Below the pieces are notes generated by a model. That model was not told where the DNA came from. It was given only the letters and a program-made list of their open reading frames with translations, and did no database searches. Shown here in pieces: positions 38,101-53,037 of a stretch of 64,000 nucleotides of DNA. The stretch is from Ophelia neglecta (taxonomy: Eukaryota). Made by a program: the position numbers and the translations under genes. Position 1 is the stretch's first letter. The number at the start of each line of letters is the position of its first letter. The stretch covers positions 67,518,001 through 67,582,000 of the forward strand of contig OZ260664.1 in NCBI GenBank assembly GCA_965285935.1, in the 5' to 3' direction.

Positions 38101-40930
38101 AAATCATTAAATATCATAAATCGAGTTTGACCACTCCAATCAACATCGGATGGCGCCTTCAATAGCCTCTGCAAATTATAATTAGTCATCTCTGTTTGCA
38201 CGTCTTTAACAAGTACATGGGTGACCTTGTGTTATCCCGTCAAATAGTTTGGCGATATTAATATTTAGATAATAATCATTTAACAATAAATTTTGTTAAG
38301 CTGGAAGTTGGCGAAAGCTCAAACCAGATGTAACAAAATCTTCCCCGTGTACTGATTTGGCAGCCTCCCTTTATATCTCCAATGTACAATTTTCAGTATT
38401 TTAACCAGATAGGATATAAAGACCCATATTAGTGGCCTGTAGATAGAGCGTTGTACAGTTAAATAGACCATTACCACATGACATTCATTATGAATGCTTG
38501 CATGTTTACATGTTCATGATCATGATGATCTGGAGCTATTTGTAGCTCCTATATAGGGCAAACGACGCGAATGATGTACAAGGAGGAGGAATGTAGGGCC
38601 CGGATCAGCAGCGTGTTAATTGTATACTTAATAAGGGAGGTAGGCCAGGTAACGGCAGACTAGAGTAGATCTAAAGACAGTGTTTGCTCTTTTGTGAATT
38701 AATAAAACAATACCTTAGTCGGGTGTGAGGTACGGGCCACCTTACAATAATAAGGATACATTTTGATTGTTTGTTTCTTGTTGAATATATTGCATGCAAC
38801 GGGCCATGGTTAGAAATGTGAAACCCCAGGGCCGAATGGTTTGAAACGCTATTGATTTTGACTTTTAAAAGCTGTTTGAATCTCATATTGGCCACTCCGA
38901 AGCAATCAAGTGAAATGTAACAAAGCCTGGCTGATGTGAATCAGGCCTGTGTCTGGTAATAAAACAGGCTGTTGAATGAAACGCAATAAAGCGTGACTAA
39001 TATCATGCGTGAGTTTCGCTCTCGTGGCAAATATTACCAGATCTTATAGTGGAAGCAATATCCATCAAACTTTGATGTTCTTTCGTTAATTATCTAGCTT
39101 TACTGCATTTCAACTGCAATTGATCGCCATTCGCGTCTCTGGTGTGCACGCTGAATGGAAATTAGGAATAGGCCTACGCCTGCTTCAGAGGCATTAACAT
39201 TCACAGAAGGTACTTTAACATTCATTAAAAATGGTACCATTAGACAATATTTCTTGTAAAATTTCGTAATGACAACTATAGGCCAGCTATTGAGGGCGAC
39301 ACCATTTGCCCTTGCTGTTACGATTGACAAAAGCTGAACGGTCCTGCTATAACGACATCAAAACAGGTGCGCCGTTCACGGCTTTGACTGAATGTTCAAA
39401 CTGATATTCTTAACAATGTGATAAAAGATTTAGAAACGGTCAGATAAATAGAAGATTAACTGCTTAATCAGCTGTTCGAATCAACTGATCGATATCGGCG
39501 TGATGTGTTTTGTTGTGGTCACGCGCGACGCGCTTGCTCCCGCCGGCGATATAATCGATATAGGATCTCCGCTGGTCGCTGTTAATTATCAAAAGAGGGT
39601 GTCATTTGTACATGTGTCACGTGATGTCTATTTACACTGCATGTCCTCTCCTATTTCAATTTCCTCGTTATCCTTCTCATGGAAATGATGCGTGACTCAC
39701 TCTGTTGAGTTAAGTAGGTCAACGCATCTATTGTCCGGGACTCAAAATAGACATTTAGGGCAAAGCACGGTGACACCGAAATGGGAAGAATGACAAGATT
39801 AATGGAATGAAAAACGAGAGAAATCTAAGCTAATGTTGAAGTGAGGATAAAACTAATGAAAATGATCTTAGTCCTCCAAGGGATGCCCACGTGGTTTGGA
39901 GGGAGCAAATCTGAGCGACGAAAGGGGGCGCTTTAGCTCCTTGTGTATAAGAAACAAGGCTTAAATGAATCTAAAGGGCTCCCATTTTAGAGCAATCATT
40001 TGATGTCAGTTGTTTAATTTTTATGTAATGATATTCTATTAGTTTTTTATTCGTTTTAGTCTTTCTTTTTTTAGCAGATGCGCATATAATTAACAATTGA
40101 GATGTAACGAAAAGTAATGTTACTGCTATTCAGTAAAATTCAGACAAACAAACCCAATGATAAGATCTATATTTGGGCGGTCGACAATGGCATCTGTGGG
40201 TCCAGCACTTGGCCCCGCCCCTACCCTCCCGGATAACCGGAAATGATGTGATATAGTTATGTTATACATCATTTGACAACAGGTGACTATATTTGTCGCC
40301 TGCGGTCGGAGGTGGGTGGTGGTCTTAGTGGTACTAGATGTACTTACGGTTTGTTGCTGTAGTGTTAACAGTCTTAATATCGTTTGTTCGTGACAAGACA
40401 GTTTTGAACATGTCGAAAACTGGAGCCGCACAGCACGAACACGTGCATTGTGCTATTGATATTCATTGATAGGCACTAGTCATTTTCGGGTGTGCGAAAA
40501 TGGCTTAGTTTCCCTTTATTTTGCACGAAATACAATTACATTGTAGACAGTCTGTGTGATCTCAAAGTGATTTTCAGGACTCTGATACTGAAAACAGCCG
40601 ATAATATGCGACCCTCGTTTAACCGTTAAACCCAGTGAATGACATCTAACTTTACAGCTGCTACGAAACATTTGCTTGGCTTCTAAAGTATAGTTTTAAA
40701 AAATGAGAAGCCAGACTCGTGTTTTTGCCCGGAAAGTATTTTTATTTTCTCGACATGGGTTATTTAACTATTTTCCTTTTGACACAGAGTAGGGTCCCTA
40801 AAAGCATTCCGGAAGTCACAACGATATATCAAACAGGCTGGCTTCTGTGGATTGAGTCAAATTAAGCTACGTTGTGAAAGCATGCGCGTTCAACAATCAT
40901 GACAATGAAGTATGCGAGGATAAAGATGGT

Positions 40931-41048
40931 GTTACATTACTTCAGCTATTTGAGGGTACGGGGATGAGTCGTATTTTACTTCAGCTGGCTGCGGGTAAGG
41001 TCGCGATTTGTATTTTACTTCAGCTAGCTGAGTGTACGGTTGTGGGTC
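40931..41048. repeat. Degenerate 39-bp tandem repeat, 3 copies
   Basis: TTACTTCAGCT at 40937, 40976 and 41015, each followed by a tg(a/c)g(g/t)gta-gg segment. Confidence 0.85.
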
Positions 41049-44000
41049 TGATTCATCTTTTGCAAAAGAAATATCGCAACGTGGACCTTAATTGTGAATA
41101 ATCATAAAGCCCTGAGACCTTTTCTGTATACCTCATGATCACCAGGTCACAACAAAACCTTCCAACACATCACATAAACAGAAATCATGTTCTTATTTTA
41201 TAAAATACAAAATTATTACAAAACATGCACAAAAGCAACTTCTAACATATAAACGCAGGTTTCTTTTGACTAGACAACAATGTCGGCTATACATTTGATC
41301 CGTTGCCATGGTAACTGCCACTTATTAATCGCCGCGTTTTTATATATCTATACGTCAAGAACATCACAATCAATATTTCTTGAACACCAAATGCAATACA
41401 TGTATAGATACTTGATAATCTATCTTAATGATTGATATTTTAGATCAAATTCCAGAATTATTTTGCCCCCAGGGTGCATCACTTTAGACAGTGATGGATA
41501 TGATCATTTCCTTTTACCAAATGAACAGGCTACGAGGCATATGTCTAGCTCTTTAAATATCATGCTTTAGGCTGGTGCGTTTTACCTTAACCTTGTTTAT
41601 TCATCACTTCTTGACGCAAGCGCCAAACTTGTAGCATTATTTTACCCAACGAGTGATATAATAACCAAAACATATTCATACGAACGGTTGTGGATCTTGT
41701 CAGAGAACTTCGATGACGGTAGATACATTATAAAGTGGATCCATAAAAGCCAAAGAAACGGCCTGTTTATATAGGCTATATTCCAAGGCACGCATCGTCT
41801 CGGCGCATGTCTTTTATAGCTAGGAAGCTCAGGTCACAGTGTTGATCTGAGAAAAGGATATAACAAACTGAGTAGTATACAGTTTGAACGTGTTCTGGTA
41901 CCAATGTAGCATCTTGATTAAGGACCAATCACCTCCAATAACGTACTATAGACCCTAACATATAAGGAAGAGATTCGTTGGATGGACCGATTTTCTCGAC
42001 AATGTTATTATGCAAAGTAAGGCAGCGGTTCAATAACGTTCCTGAATTAGGGTCTTGCGTCTTGTATCATTCTTCAAATTTCAAGGCGAGTATCCAAATT
42101 AGTAAATGATTACTCGAAAATATTCTCAATAATCTCAATCCACGTAGTTGAGTGATAATTGCTTAAGCTGATAACTATAGTCTAAATGATAAAGTCCAAG
42201 CAGGAATTTTTAACATTCTTGGTCATCGCCACTTTCAAGAGCCGATATAGCTGTAGGCGAATCTTTCATCTCCAGTTAGATGTGCTGTACGTATTATAAC
42301 TTGAAGGTAAATTCGGCAAAAGCTGGTTTATTTTACTGTAGGCATGTTTCGAATGGTTCTGGAAATCCATCGAATTTATCAGTATTTGACGAAGGCAGCT
42401 GCCCACATCACTGGCAGATCACCTCGACCGCTTTCGGAAACTTACATTTGCATAGTACAGCCCGATTTCTAATTCAAGTCAAATTATTTGTGAGGCGCTA
42501 TATCTGACGCCCATAAATTCAACGTATTTGTTGTTTTTCATGGAACATATGACATACTTTGTGATCAGAGGAACGTGCCCTGCATTTCTAAAGCATATTT
42601 AGGTCAGGTAGCCATTCAGTTGGTGTCTTATAAATAGCTATTGACTATGTCATATATCATCATTAATCCACCCTCATTGAAGCTGATGATGGAGCTATTT
42701 TGTGATCATGGTCCTTCAGAACTTCTTGATAATAGAACAGCATAAAATGCAGACGACCTTTTAAGAGCAGTATCAATCACGGCCTTGATATGAGTGACTC
42801 TTTACACCAGCCTTGGCCTTTCATAGTACTCTGTCTTTAGACTGTCGCCCTGGCAGGTCTACACTATTGTAGGAATGGCTAATCACCTAGGTTTGACCAC
42901 CATTTGATGGCCATTCCATGTCATGGTTTGTCCACTTTCTCTCAGTCAGGCTATTTATCATGTCAACACGCCCGAATATACAGCTAATATAATAATAGAC
43001 GAAAAAGTGGTGAATATTGATCTCTGGCTTTTGATTATGCATGGTCCCGGGCAGAATTCGGCTTACGGGAGGACTTTTCTATTTATATCGTTCTGGAAAT
43101 AATTATTTCAAGTAATGTTATAACTAATAATGCCAATACTAATAATTACAATACATGGACATCTGATACAGATGGAATGTTTGTCTCTGAGAAATACGCA
43201 ATTAATTCGTTTTATTTCATATTCTTGTGATCCCATATTTATTATGAGAGAATTTGAATCTATATAGAAACTTTTTTGCTGCATTTTCCATGTATAGTTA
43301 ACACGTTACATTATTGCGTCTGACTGGTTTTATATGTGCTTTATATCAGTATATTAAAGGGTACATGATTATATAGATACTCTTTCTAGAAACACTCAAA
43401 CGTGCACTAAACCCAAGAAAATAAATCAAATCAAATCAAATAGTCAGGGCCTCCAATGATATAAACACTATCTGATAGACTGCTGATATAATAGTTGACG
43501 ATTGGACAAATTAAAATGACAATGTATTGAATGTAAGTTGCCGTCACCGCATGTAGGCCAGTGTTAGAAGTAAGCTAGTCAGTGTAGACAAATCAAGAGT
43601 GGATACCCGTTGGAAAAAGCAAAATCTTAAATTAAGAATAGTCTATTAAGTGAGGGAGAAAGCACAGGTCATCTGTCGCTCGGGCGGAAAAGAAAGAAAA
43701 ACTCGTCGCATCTATTTTATGAAATAGAGGAAGTTCTACGACGTCAAGGACCGCACGGACTCCGAGGGAAGCAATAGCGGGAAGGACATAAGTCAAGGCT
43801 GAAATCATCAGCTGCAGGCGCACTGCAGGCTGTGTGAGATTCTGCCTTCGCCTGTAACATGTACAGGACTGTAGTCAGTCAGGGACTGCGTTCGTAATTC
43901 GTCAAATTGTTGGTTTTCTATTAAAGTCTCTGTGGATATGTATACGGCCTATAACCTCATTTAAATGTTAATGAAGGGAATTAATGCGAATGCTGGCTTG

Positions 44001-47000
44001 CTGATTATTGGAGATACCGTGTTTTCTCTGGTGGTAGTAACTCCCTCTGCTTCTTCCATGGAGTGTACCCTTGGGTCTGTAGCATTATATGGTAAAAACA
44101 AGTGTCCATATAACCTTTAAATTTTGGTCGTTTTCAATTCCTGTGTGGTAGGTTTCATCCATCCTATAGCTTTATATATTGACTATGATCCATTGCATGT
44201 ACCATGTATGTATCTTTAGGAGAATAATGTGCTAACAGCCTATCAGACACGCTAAAACAAAGGTTGATAAAAAATTGTGATCGTTTTGCCGAGTTCTAGG
44301 CTTGTATTCAGTATGTCTATGTGTGGTTTGAAAAGTGTGTGTGTTTGTGGGGGGGGGGGGGGCACACACAGTGACAGAATTCAGATGAAATGGAATAGCA
44401 TAAATAACTTTTGATACTGGAAACTTCATACTAGTCTGCTCTAGTTTTTCCTGTATAATTCTCATTTCTGCAGACGTGCCTAACCCGAATTTAACCATGG
44501 ACGGGCTGTTGTTCATCGCCGGGCAAACGCCGACGGAAGCCAAACAATTCGAAATTGGATATTAACCGATCAATGTGACGTTAGCATTCTTATTGATAAG
44601 GTCAATTTGGGGTTTAGTCTGGGATGGGGTCTCATGTCTGTTCACTACGGAGCACTCGCTTAGTCGGATGAAGTCGAACGGTATTTGAATTGAGGCAATT
44701 GTGTAAATATGTCATTGCGGTCCATTAATTATCATTTCATTGTCATACTGTCCCATGCTAGGCTGACTTTACTGAGACATGTATCTATATAATTGGACCG
44801 AACTCAACATTTGACGCAAGATTATTATGAGTCCCTGTCTATCAACCATAGACTTTTTACACAATTTATAAATTTACCCCACTTAGCCTAGTTCGGCGTT
44901 GAGGTATACTTTATTTTTTTATACATGCCAGAGTTTATGCCGGTTCTGTTTTGAGTCATGCAGAAAATTGATACATTTAAATATCTTTAATCCATCTTTG
45001 AGCAGAGTTTTTCGGTGATATATCGGCTTTATCTTGATCTAATATTTAGATAGGCATGATAAATTTAGATAGAACAATGTGCGTTATGATATATATAGTA
45101 TTGAGGGAGCCCAGACGGTAGATGGGGTCAGGTTAAGTCTTCATTCTGGTCAGACTTCCCACTGGTCCTGGTAATAAGTGAGATAAGGGCTGACCAGGGC
45201 GGTCGTATACACAAGGTCGTGTCTGGCTATAGAGGGGCCTGAGGGGCTGAGTGGGGTCTAGCGAAAAGTTTGGTGATAGACGCAGGGTCGGGAAAGGGTC
45301 AGCAATTTGTTGGCCTGAGGGGAGGGAGAAGGGGGGAGCAAATAAATAATATGCGGAGATTGGGGTCGAGGAGAGAGGGAGAGAGGACACCTGGTTACAT
45401 ACAAAATAGACTTTGTGCATGTTACTCTGCTTACAGTGGTATATGGTTAAATGTCCCATGTATAAACTTTAAAATTTGAGTTTGTTGGCACTGCTTTACT
45501 GGGTAGGTACATATGCGTGCAGGGGCGTTTGTCCCCAACTATTCTGCACTGAACGAATTTGTTTTAAACAATGTTTATACTACTATTGCCCAGGGAATGT
45601 CACAGTACGTATACAAGAACAATTTATACTAATCAACACTCCTCACTTTCTGAAAATGCATTATCTAACCTTTCTGGATTTTCATTCTTTGACATACAAG
45701 TTAATGGCACGTACGCTGTATTGTTGGCAGGTTCAAAATCAAATTATGTATTGAACACGCTTGAAATTACACTACTTCTGCAGAGCTTTGAACTATTAAC
45801 AAATTTCATACATAATACTTATTTGATTGCAATTGGAATGGGACATTCTGCTTTTATTACAAAGAGAAGCTTGTATTGTTTACCAGTGATATTTGTCGTG
45901 AAAGGCAGTTGCCACTATGATAATAACCATTGATCATAACTGTGTGTTTTTGTAGTTTTACACGATTGTTTAATTTGCATCGTATGCGATAACACATCGA
46001 GTTGATGTGTGAAAGCTCCATAGGCCTGCCTGACTCCATATTGATAGGAACAGGTCGCACGTAACGTTACCTTCGTGTCGTGAGTCCTATCTGTACGTTT
46101 TCACGTGTACGTACCAGGAAATAATGGCACTATACCCTGCACGTAGTAACTAACCCCAGATGTACATGTATACGACACCTTCTAGTATCAATGAGCGTTA
46201 GATTATTCAGATGCTGAAGAGTTATCCGCGGTTATGAACTGTCTGCGGATACAAGCCGTGATTGACAGGTATCACTCCTAACTGAAGGTTGGTTGACATC
46301 ACGTCTGTGTACTGTGTGTGTGCTATCACACATGTCTAACCAGTGCGAAACTGATACAAACACTATACGGTTGGAGTGTGACTCGGTAACATACATCGAT
46401 AAGTATGGTACACTAATCACCTTAGTCAGAGCGGGAATGGCGGGTGATCGATTGATATACATTCCCACTGTCTGACAGCACCTGAGCAAAAGGCTAGTTT
46501 AATATCCCATTTTCACCAAGGGGGCCTTTATTTGTGCATGCACAAAACGGCAGATATAACCCTAAGCTGGATTTTCTTATCACGGATTATTATCATCAAC
46601 TTTTTCTGGAGTGTATCAATATATTATCACATGCCTTGACACAGAGATGAGTTGGAGCGTTGGTATGTATGGCGACTAAGTGCAGTAAGGCTATATTGAA
46701 TAAATTGTACAGAAGTTATTCACATCATTCAGAGAGGTCGGTTAAACAACATTTCTCTGGTGAAATGATCGTTATGTATTGTCTGAGAGTAGCAAGTGTG
46801 CTTTATGTCTTCCTTGTTATAGCTAAGTTGAGCGCCGTGTCGCTGCGGTATCATGCGTCTAGTACCTGAATGCTCGCGTTTCGATCTGTGAACACAGATA
46901 TGCAGACTTCCCTGAGTAGCCACCCGTCATATAGTGTCCTTCTGGCGAAAGAAGCGAACACATAGTCATAAGTTTTATAACAGTAATAGACACATGGCAT

Positions 47001-47249
47001 TGTTAAAGTATGCATTTAGGCCTATATGAAAACATTTGACAACAATATGTATACACGAGTAACCTGCAAGCTGTAGACTCAGAAGAGAGTAAGGTGTGAG
47101 ACTGCGCACTGGAGCCTTTCATTTGGTCAAGTGAATTCTCTGTGTGCTCGTCCAATTATTTTTACCTATATGTTGTTTTCATTCACTATTTAGGCCTACC
47201 GTTTATTGTATATCGCTTTTTATTGACATATTTTTGTTCTTCTTTCCAG

Positions 47250-47307
47250 GTGATGCTTTAAATGGCGTGTGACTTGTTCTAACCAAACTCAGCTAGTCTG
47301 TATATTG
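47250..47307 (+). other. Candidate 58-nt non-coding (5' UTR) exon of the downstream gene
   Basis: Strong acceptor tttttgttcttctttccAG (47248-47249) and consensus donor TTG|GTAAGT (47308). Contains two tiny ATG-stop ORFs. Confidence 0.5.
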
Positions 47308-49074
47308 GTAAGTCAAATGATATTATGTATTTTTACTTACTATTAATTCATTAACATTTCCTCCTTGTGTTTCGTATGGAAAAATATTTAAAATTCATGC
47401 ATCAGAAATTAACATGCCACGGGGCACAGACCTTATCTCTGTCTCCGATGGAATGTGTCGTAGATTTATACTTTTTTCTTTCCAAATAACTCTGTCGCAC
47501 CTCTGTTATATTACCTACCCCGCTGCTTTTCATTTTGGCTTTGATATATGCTGTCTGATCGAGTGCGTCACTGCCAAGCACCAAACACTGATATTTGGAT
47601 TCGGGGCATACCTGAATATTGGCCAAGTAGAGCCATTATAAACATCGAAAGCTGTTTAAGACTTTCTTTATGGCGGTTCAACACGGACATGCAAATATCG
47701 GCAATGCTTCTTGTCTAGGTACGGAATCAGCTGAATACTGAGATCTCTCTTGGAAAATATATAAAACTTGATTGTCTCAAAATGTTTAGGAACTTGTCAT
47801 GGGTACCTTAGCAAAGGATACGTGCCTGGGGATATGTAAATCGGCCGAACATGTATTATGCCACTCGTAAACAACGTTGTAAAAATGTCAACAACGTCTC
47901 AACTTAATAACTCATACATACCTGGTACATTGAAAACCAGCAATAGATTTATTCATGCTGCAAATGTAGTTACAATGAATGGTCCTGTATCGAGCGTTCT
48001 ATCCAGAACAGGTATTTATATACATGTATAAGAAAAATACATAATGTCGTCTGTTTATATATTAGGAGACCTAGATTGCCAAAAGGATACTCGTGTAACT
48101 TTATACACAATAGTACCATAGTAAATTCATGTACATTTAGTAAGAAAGTGTTATGAGTGTCCCCCGCCAGAGGGAGATGTACTGTCCCCGACTCTCGCGT
48201 ACCAGGCATTACATTAATCACACTTCCCAGAGACACTCTGAAGACATGCATCACTCTCTCTTAATTCTCTCTGGCTCGCTCGCTCTCTCTCAAACCTGCT
48301 CGTGGTTGTTTAGGTCAGCCATAACATTCGCCGATATGTCTGGAAGCTCTGTTACCATATATTAGATTATTTGAAGCCGTACAAATAAACCCCTTGTTCT
48401 TACAAGTGCTGTGTAAACAAATCAGTATAACTCAACCATAAATAAAGTGTAACCACGTAATGGGGACCTTATTTCCAGGGTGGGGCGACAACTTATATAA
48501 TACTTTGTAATTGACATGTTTCTACTTGAAAGAAACTCTATCTTCGTATTGATCGACCCTAGAATAGAACTCTGTGTCCGCGCTAAGACAAACAGAAGGA
48601 ATCTATTTTTCCAGTTATGAGCCTTCGACATTCAGTACCTTGTCGACAGTGGCGCTTTGTGGAACGTCTGTATATGGAACCGTAACTAAATGACATAACG
48701 GGGAAACTTTAATATAAAAAATTCACTGCGTATACCTAACATGCTAAACATTATCATATAGTCCCCTTGTTATAGCTGATTATTGTAGAACAGCTAGCAA
48801 TTTATTCGATATATGCTTGGTACTTTGCGTTCAATAAATCATCATTACATGATACAGGCGAAGTACCATCACAAAGGCCTTACAGGTTTATTTTAGCGTA
48901 GGTCAAAACAAAGCCACCCCATTTAATTAGACAGATAAAGAAGGCCAGTCTTATAGCAATATCATGTACATCAGTATCACAGACATGATCATGGACCGAG
49001 CTGTACTTGGGCGCTTGGGCTTTAACAGATTAGTTAGTGGATTGGTTTCGGGAGACTTGTGTGCGTGTCTATAC

Positions 49075-49106
<32 letters not shown>

Positions 49107-52100
49107 AGTCTTGTTAATGGTATTCCTTTTTTGGGGGGGGGGGGGGCTATCCCCTGTTATCGTTATAACACATATTCTGTAAGATATATAATTCAATTTT
49201 GGGCAGGTTAGATACATTGTGGATGATTCAGGGCCTGTGGATGATTATAGCACATGATTTGGGCTAAACTTGTCTTAGTGAGGAGTGGCATCAACACCGG
49301 AAATCTATTACATGTATATATTTGACGTTGTCCGTGTCCTGCTCCATTGTGTATAGACATATCTTTTGCATGGGACTTTCGAGAGGCTGTGTATTAAAAG
49401 GCATTGCGTCTGTTGTGGGGTCATTTTGGTAACATTACAATGCACAATAATAGGAGTTTGTCAAGAAAAAGGGGCTTATATTAGAGGTTAACTATTTTCC
49501 CTCCAATTGGCCAGTTCCCTAGCTAAGCTCTAAAGTACAGAGCCTGCACTCAAGGAACTATGGAACAACTATATTGTTAAATGGGGCAATTGAATTATCA
49601 GAGAATGACAGAGATTGTCAGCCAGGATTGCAGGGACGACTTTTATGATAGCCAAACCAATTCATCGGTATTTTCAGAATATTAAATCCCATTTTATGGC
49701 CCTGTCCGTTTTTACTGGTCGTTGGTTTGAAAGCGATTTGCACATTTATAGGTTATTGCAATGATATTGTTATTTCACTTCTCTGATGATAACTATATTC
49801 ACATGGGAAATAATAATTCATATTCCTCTTTGAAGATATGACACTGTTACAGATTTTTTGAAATTCAATTCCTATTTTGTAGCTTCATGATGTATTTCAG
49901 TTCGGTATCAAAGCTGATGAACAAAATACAAGAAGCCTCCACATAGTAACTAGACCATTATACATGTTTGTAGAGTAATGTATTGAGTAGGCCTACCTCC
50001 TGCAGGGCGAAAACGGCCAAGTAGCCTAGCTGGCAACATATTGTCATAATTATATTACTGTTAAGTCAAATGAAGCCTATAGTTGGACATGATCCAGGAA
50101 CAGTTTTAGGTAATAGATCAATAAAGCCTTAGGTAAGGAAAGGAACGGTATCTGCCAAGGGCAAGGCTGCCAGTCTCAAAGTTTTTTGGGGGTTTGTGAT
50201 AAAACCAACAATTTATTCATACTAGGCAAGCCCTCTGAACTGTTTAGATAGAACCCGGATTAAAACAAGCCATGGACGATAAAAGATCCATTAGTTTTGC
50301 AATGTTATGTTTCTGGGATGGGCCTCTGAGTCGTCTCTATCGCTAATAAATCGATGCCCATTATTGATCAGTCTGCATAGTCTATCCCGCTAAGTGAACT
50401 AAAGTATGTCTACCCGGATGTAGCGGTGACGTCACATTTCCAAATTGTTGTGTATTCTGGCAGACTGTGGACGCTTCTTGGTCGTTTCTCTTCATATATA
50501 TGTTATGAATTATGAAAACTTCAGCCGGCTTATATTGTGACTAGTGGTATAGGCAATAAACGGAAATATGTGAATCTCGCTACCTTTGATGAGGGCGATA
50601 TTTAATTGATGTGGGGTTGAGTTGAGTAATTTCGCACATCATAATTCCGCGCTTGCAGTAAGGCTTCTTACTTGAATACATGAGCTTACAGCGCGGACAT
50701 ACAGTAAGTAGTTGTCTCAAGTCTAATCCTCTTTCGGGTTAGACAATAGGTACATTATATTAATGGGAGATACAAAGTATTCTGTGGTATTTTATGCTCC
50801 TGTAGACCTATCCCCCTCCGACCGAACACTCCTTCAATGTAGAGATATGGATGGTTTTAAGTAATGCAGTGTATCAAATCTGGCTTTCCTTCATTGATAA
50901 AAAGGTACAATCGCAAATCCGAGGTATCTTGCTATCATAGTTAGTCATTCTACCTAGGCCTAACTATGAGTCATCTCATGTAAATTCTTCAGCTGAAACA
51001 CGAGTATCAAGTCATAGTATACCTCCCAGCATTGTCTACTATAACAGTCAATAATAGTACTGCGTGAAAACCCAAAGTCATTTTGCACAGTTTGCCCTAA
51101 GACGGGCGGTGCAATCGACAAGAAAATTGCTGGAAATACAGATGAAATGGGTGCAAACATCGCACCAAGGTTAGTTTTTTGAAATATGAAATGAAATTAA
51201 TTCAAATTTTCTGGTAAAAATGACCAGTTTCCAAACTTAAAGTCTTCATGGACAAGATAATTAAATTGAAAAAGAAAATTGGTTCGATATGCGGAATCAT
51301 TTATCCTATTGGAATCCAGACCTTTCTTCTTTCCAGCAATTTCCAATACTTTCCCCGGCGTGCCACAGTAACCCTGGGGTAATTGATATGTTCTGTCTTG
51401 CAAGTGACCCCAACTTTTTAGCAGCTACATATAGTCTTCGAATATGTTAGATTTGACTAATAAAAAATGAAGGTGTATGAAGGTATCTGTGGGGCCCTTA
51501 ATCAACACTCTATAGTTATTGACATAAGGCATGGTTTTGATATATTTATCGCTTGGTCGATATGGCACAGACTTGATCTACATATAGTTATAGGCGTACA
51601 GCACATTGCTAGGATGTTAGAATTTAAGTTCTGATAAGTGAAGCTTTAGTTGGACCTATAGCACATCATTTTCGTCCAATATTCAAAGATCATAGGATTC
51701 TGACCCAAGACAATTAAATTAATTGTCCTCATACTTAATAGGATCATTTTCTTAGACACGGTTCTTCGAACTTACATTTTAGAATTTAGCATGAAAATAA
51801 TGATCTGGAGGTCTGAGTAATGTTTTTTAGTCAAATGAAACTTAGCAGCTTATAACATTTAAATGTATGTTTCCACGATTATGAATTATTTAATTTTACT
51901 AGCATGCTAATTGAGACGGTTAATATCAATATATTTAAACATCATGCGTGGCATGATAACTAAACTGCCAGGTCTTAACTATAGGTAATAAGTTTGGTAA
52001 ACGGAACTATAGGCCTAACAAATGTTCGCTTGGCAGTAGGCTAAGTTCCCGATTTTGTGCAAAGTGTATTTTTTCGGGAATTTATTTCCCGGCTCTTACA

Positions 52101-53037
52101 CATTAATTGGCTCTCGAATATGATTGGAATTCTCATCTCTGGCGTTTTTATAGAAGGAAATGGAAAATGGCAAAATGAAATGAAACACGAATATTATTAT
52201 AAGCGTCAATCCTCCATTTATAGGAGAGCTTACAAACATGGGAACCAAGGAACATGTTCCCCTGGTATGCCAAACATTGAATAATTATACCAGACTGTTG
52301 GTTTGTTGGCAGAGGTATTGTGACATCCCTGTATTGTGTAGGTGTGATGTTGCAAGACATTTTAAATGTAACCTATCTCCACGCCTTCCTTGTCCGTTCT
52401 GTCATCAGCAAGTTTACCTCATATGTTAAGTTATATCTATAATATGCCTATACTTCAACTCGTTTTGATAAGTATGCACCATGTTAACCATGCCCATACA
52501 CATACACACAGATTATGCAGTTACAGGAAATGCCATAGAAGGAATTTAATAATGATTGAATTTATTCTTCCAGGTGTCCCTTAAACCACCAACAGGCTTC
52601 TTTTATATAAAAAAAAACTATTCGATACATTGTGTCTTTGATGTAATATCCCATTCATTGCAAACGTTAAGATATATTTTGTTCAATCTACCTATTCTAA
52701 TATTTCACGCTACCACTTTTAGTATGTCATGTAAACAAGTAAATACTAAAATTGGTTGTCTGACAGCTGGTTCCCGCTGATGATAGTATCGCAATTCGGC
52801 AAAATTGATGAAAAACCTGTAATTTTTTTCCGCCCCCAGCGAGGTCAACCCGACAACGTTTAGAAAAACACACAAATTACTTTATTTCATTCATTTATTT
52901 GTTTTCAACATTATAACATTTGTACAGATTCATCCTCAGAAAAGCAAAATTAATGATATGTGGCCACTGTGGCTTAAATTCCGTATTATAGCATATAGAT
53001 GGGTTTATTTGTGTGTTATACATAATAAAATGGAACG

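Noticed and set aside
41108-41135. miR-125-like CCCTGAGACC
   Set aside because: 10-nt match only, the rest diverges, and there is no hairpin.
43655-43780. Myb/SANT trihelix-like fragment (GRKRKKNSSHLFYEIEEVL) of a Harbinger ORF
   Set aside because: One short motif only, with no upstream Trp-containing helices or other element parts.
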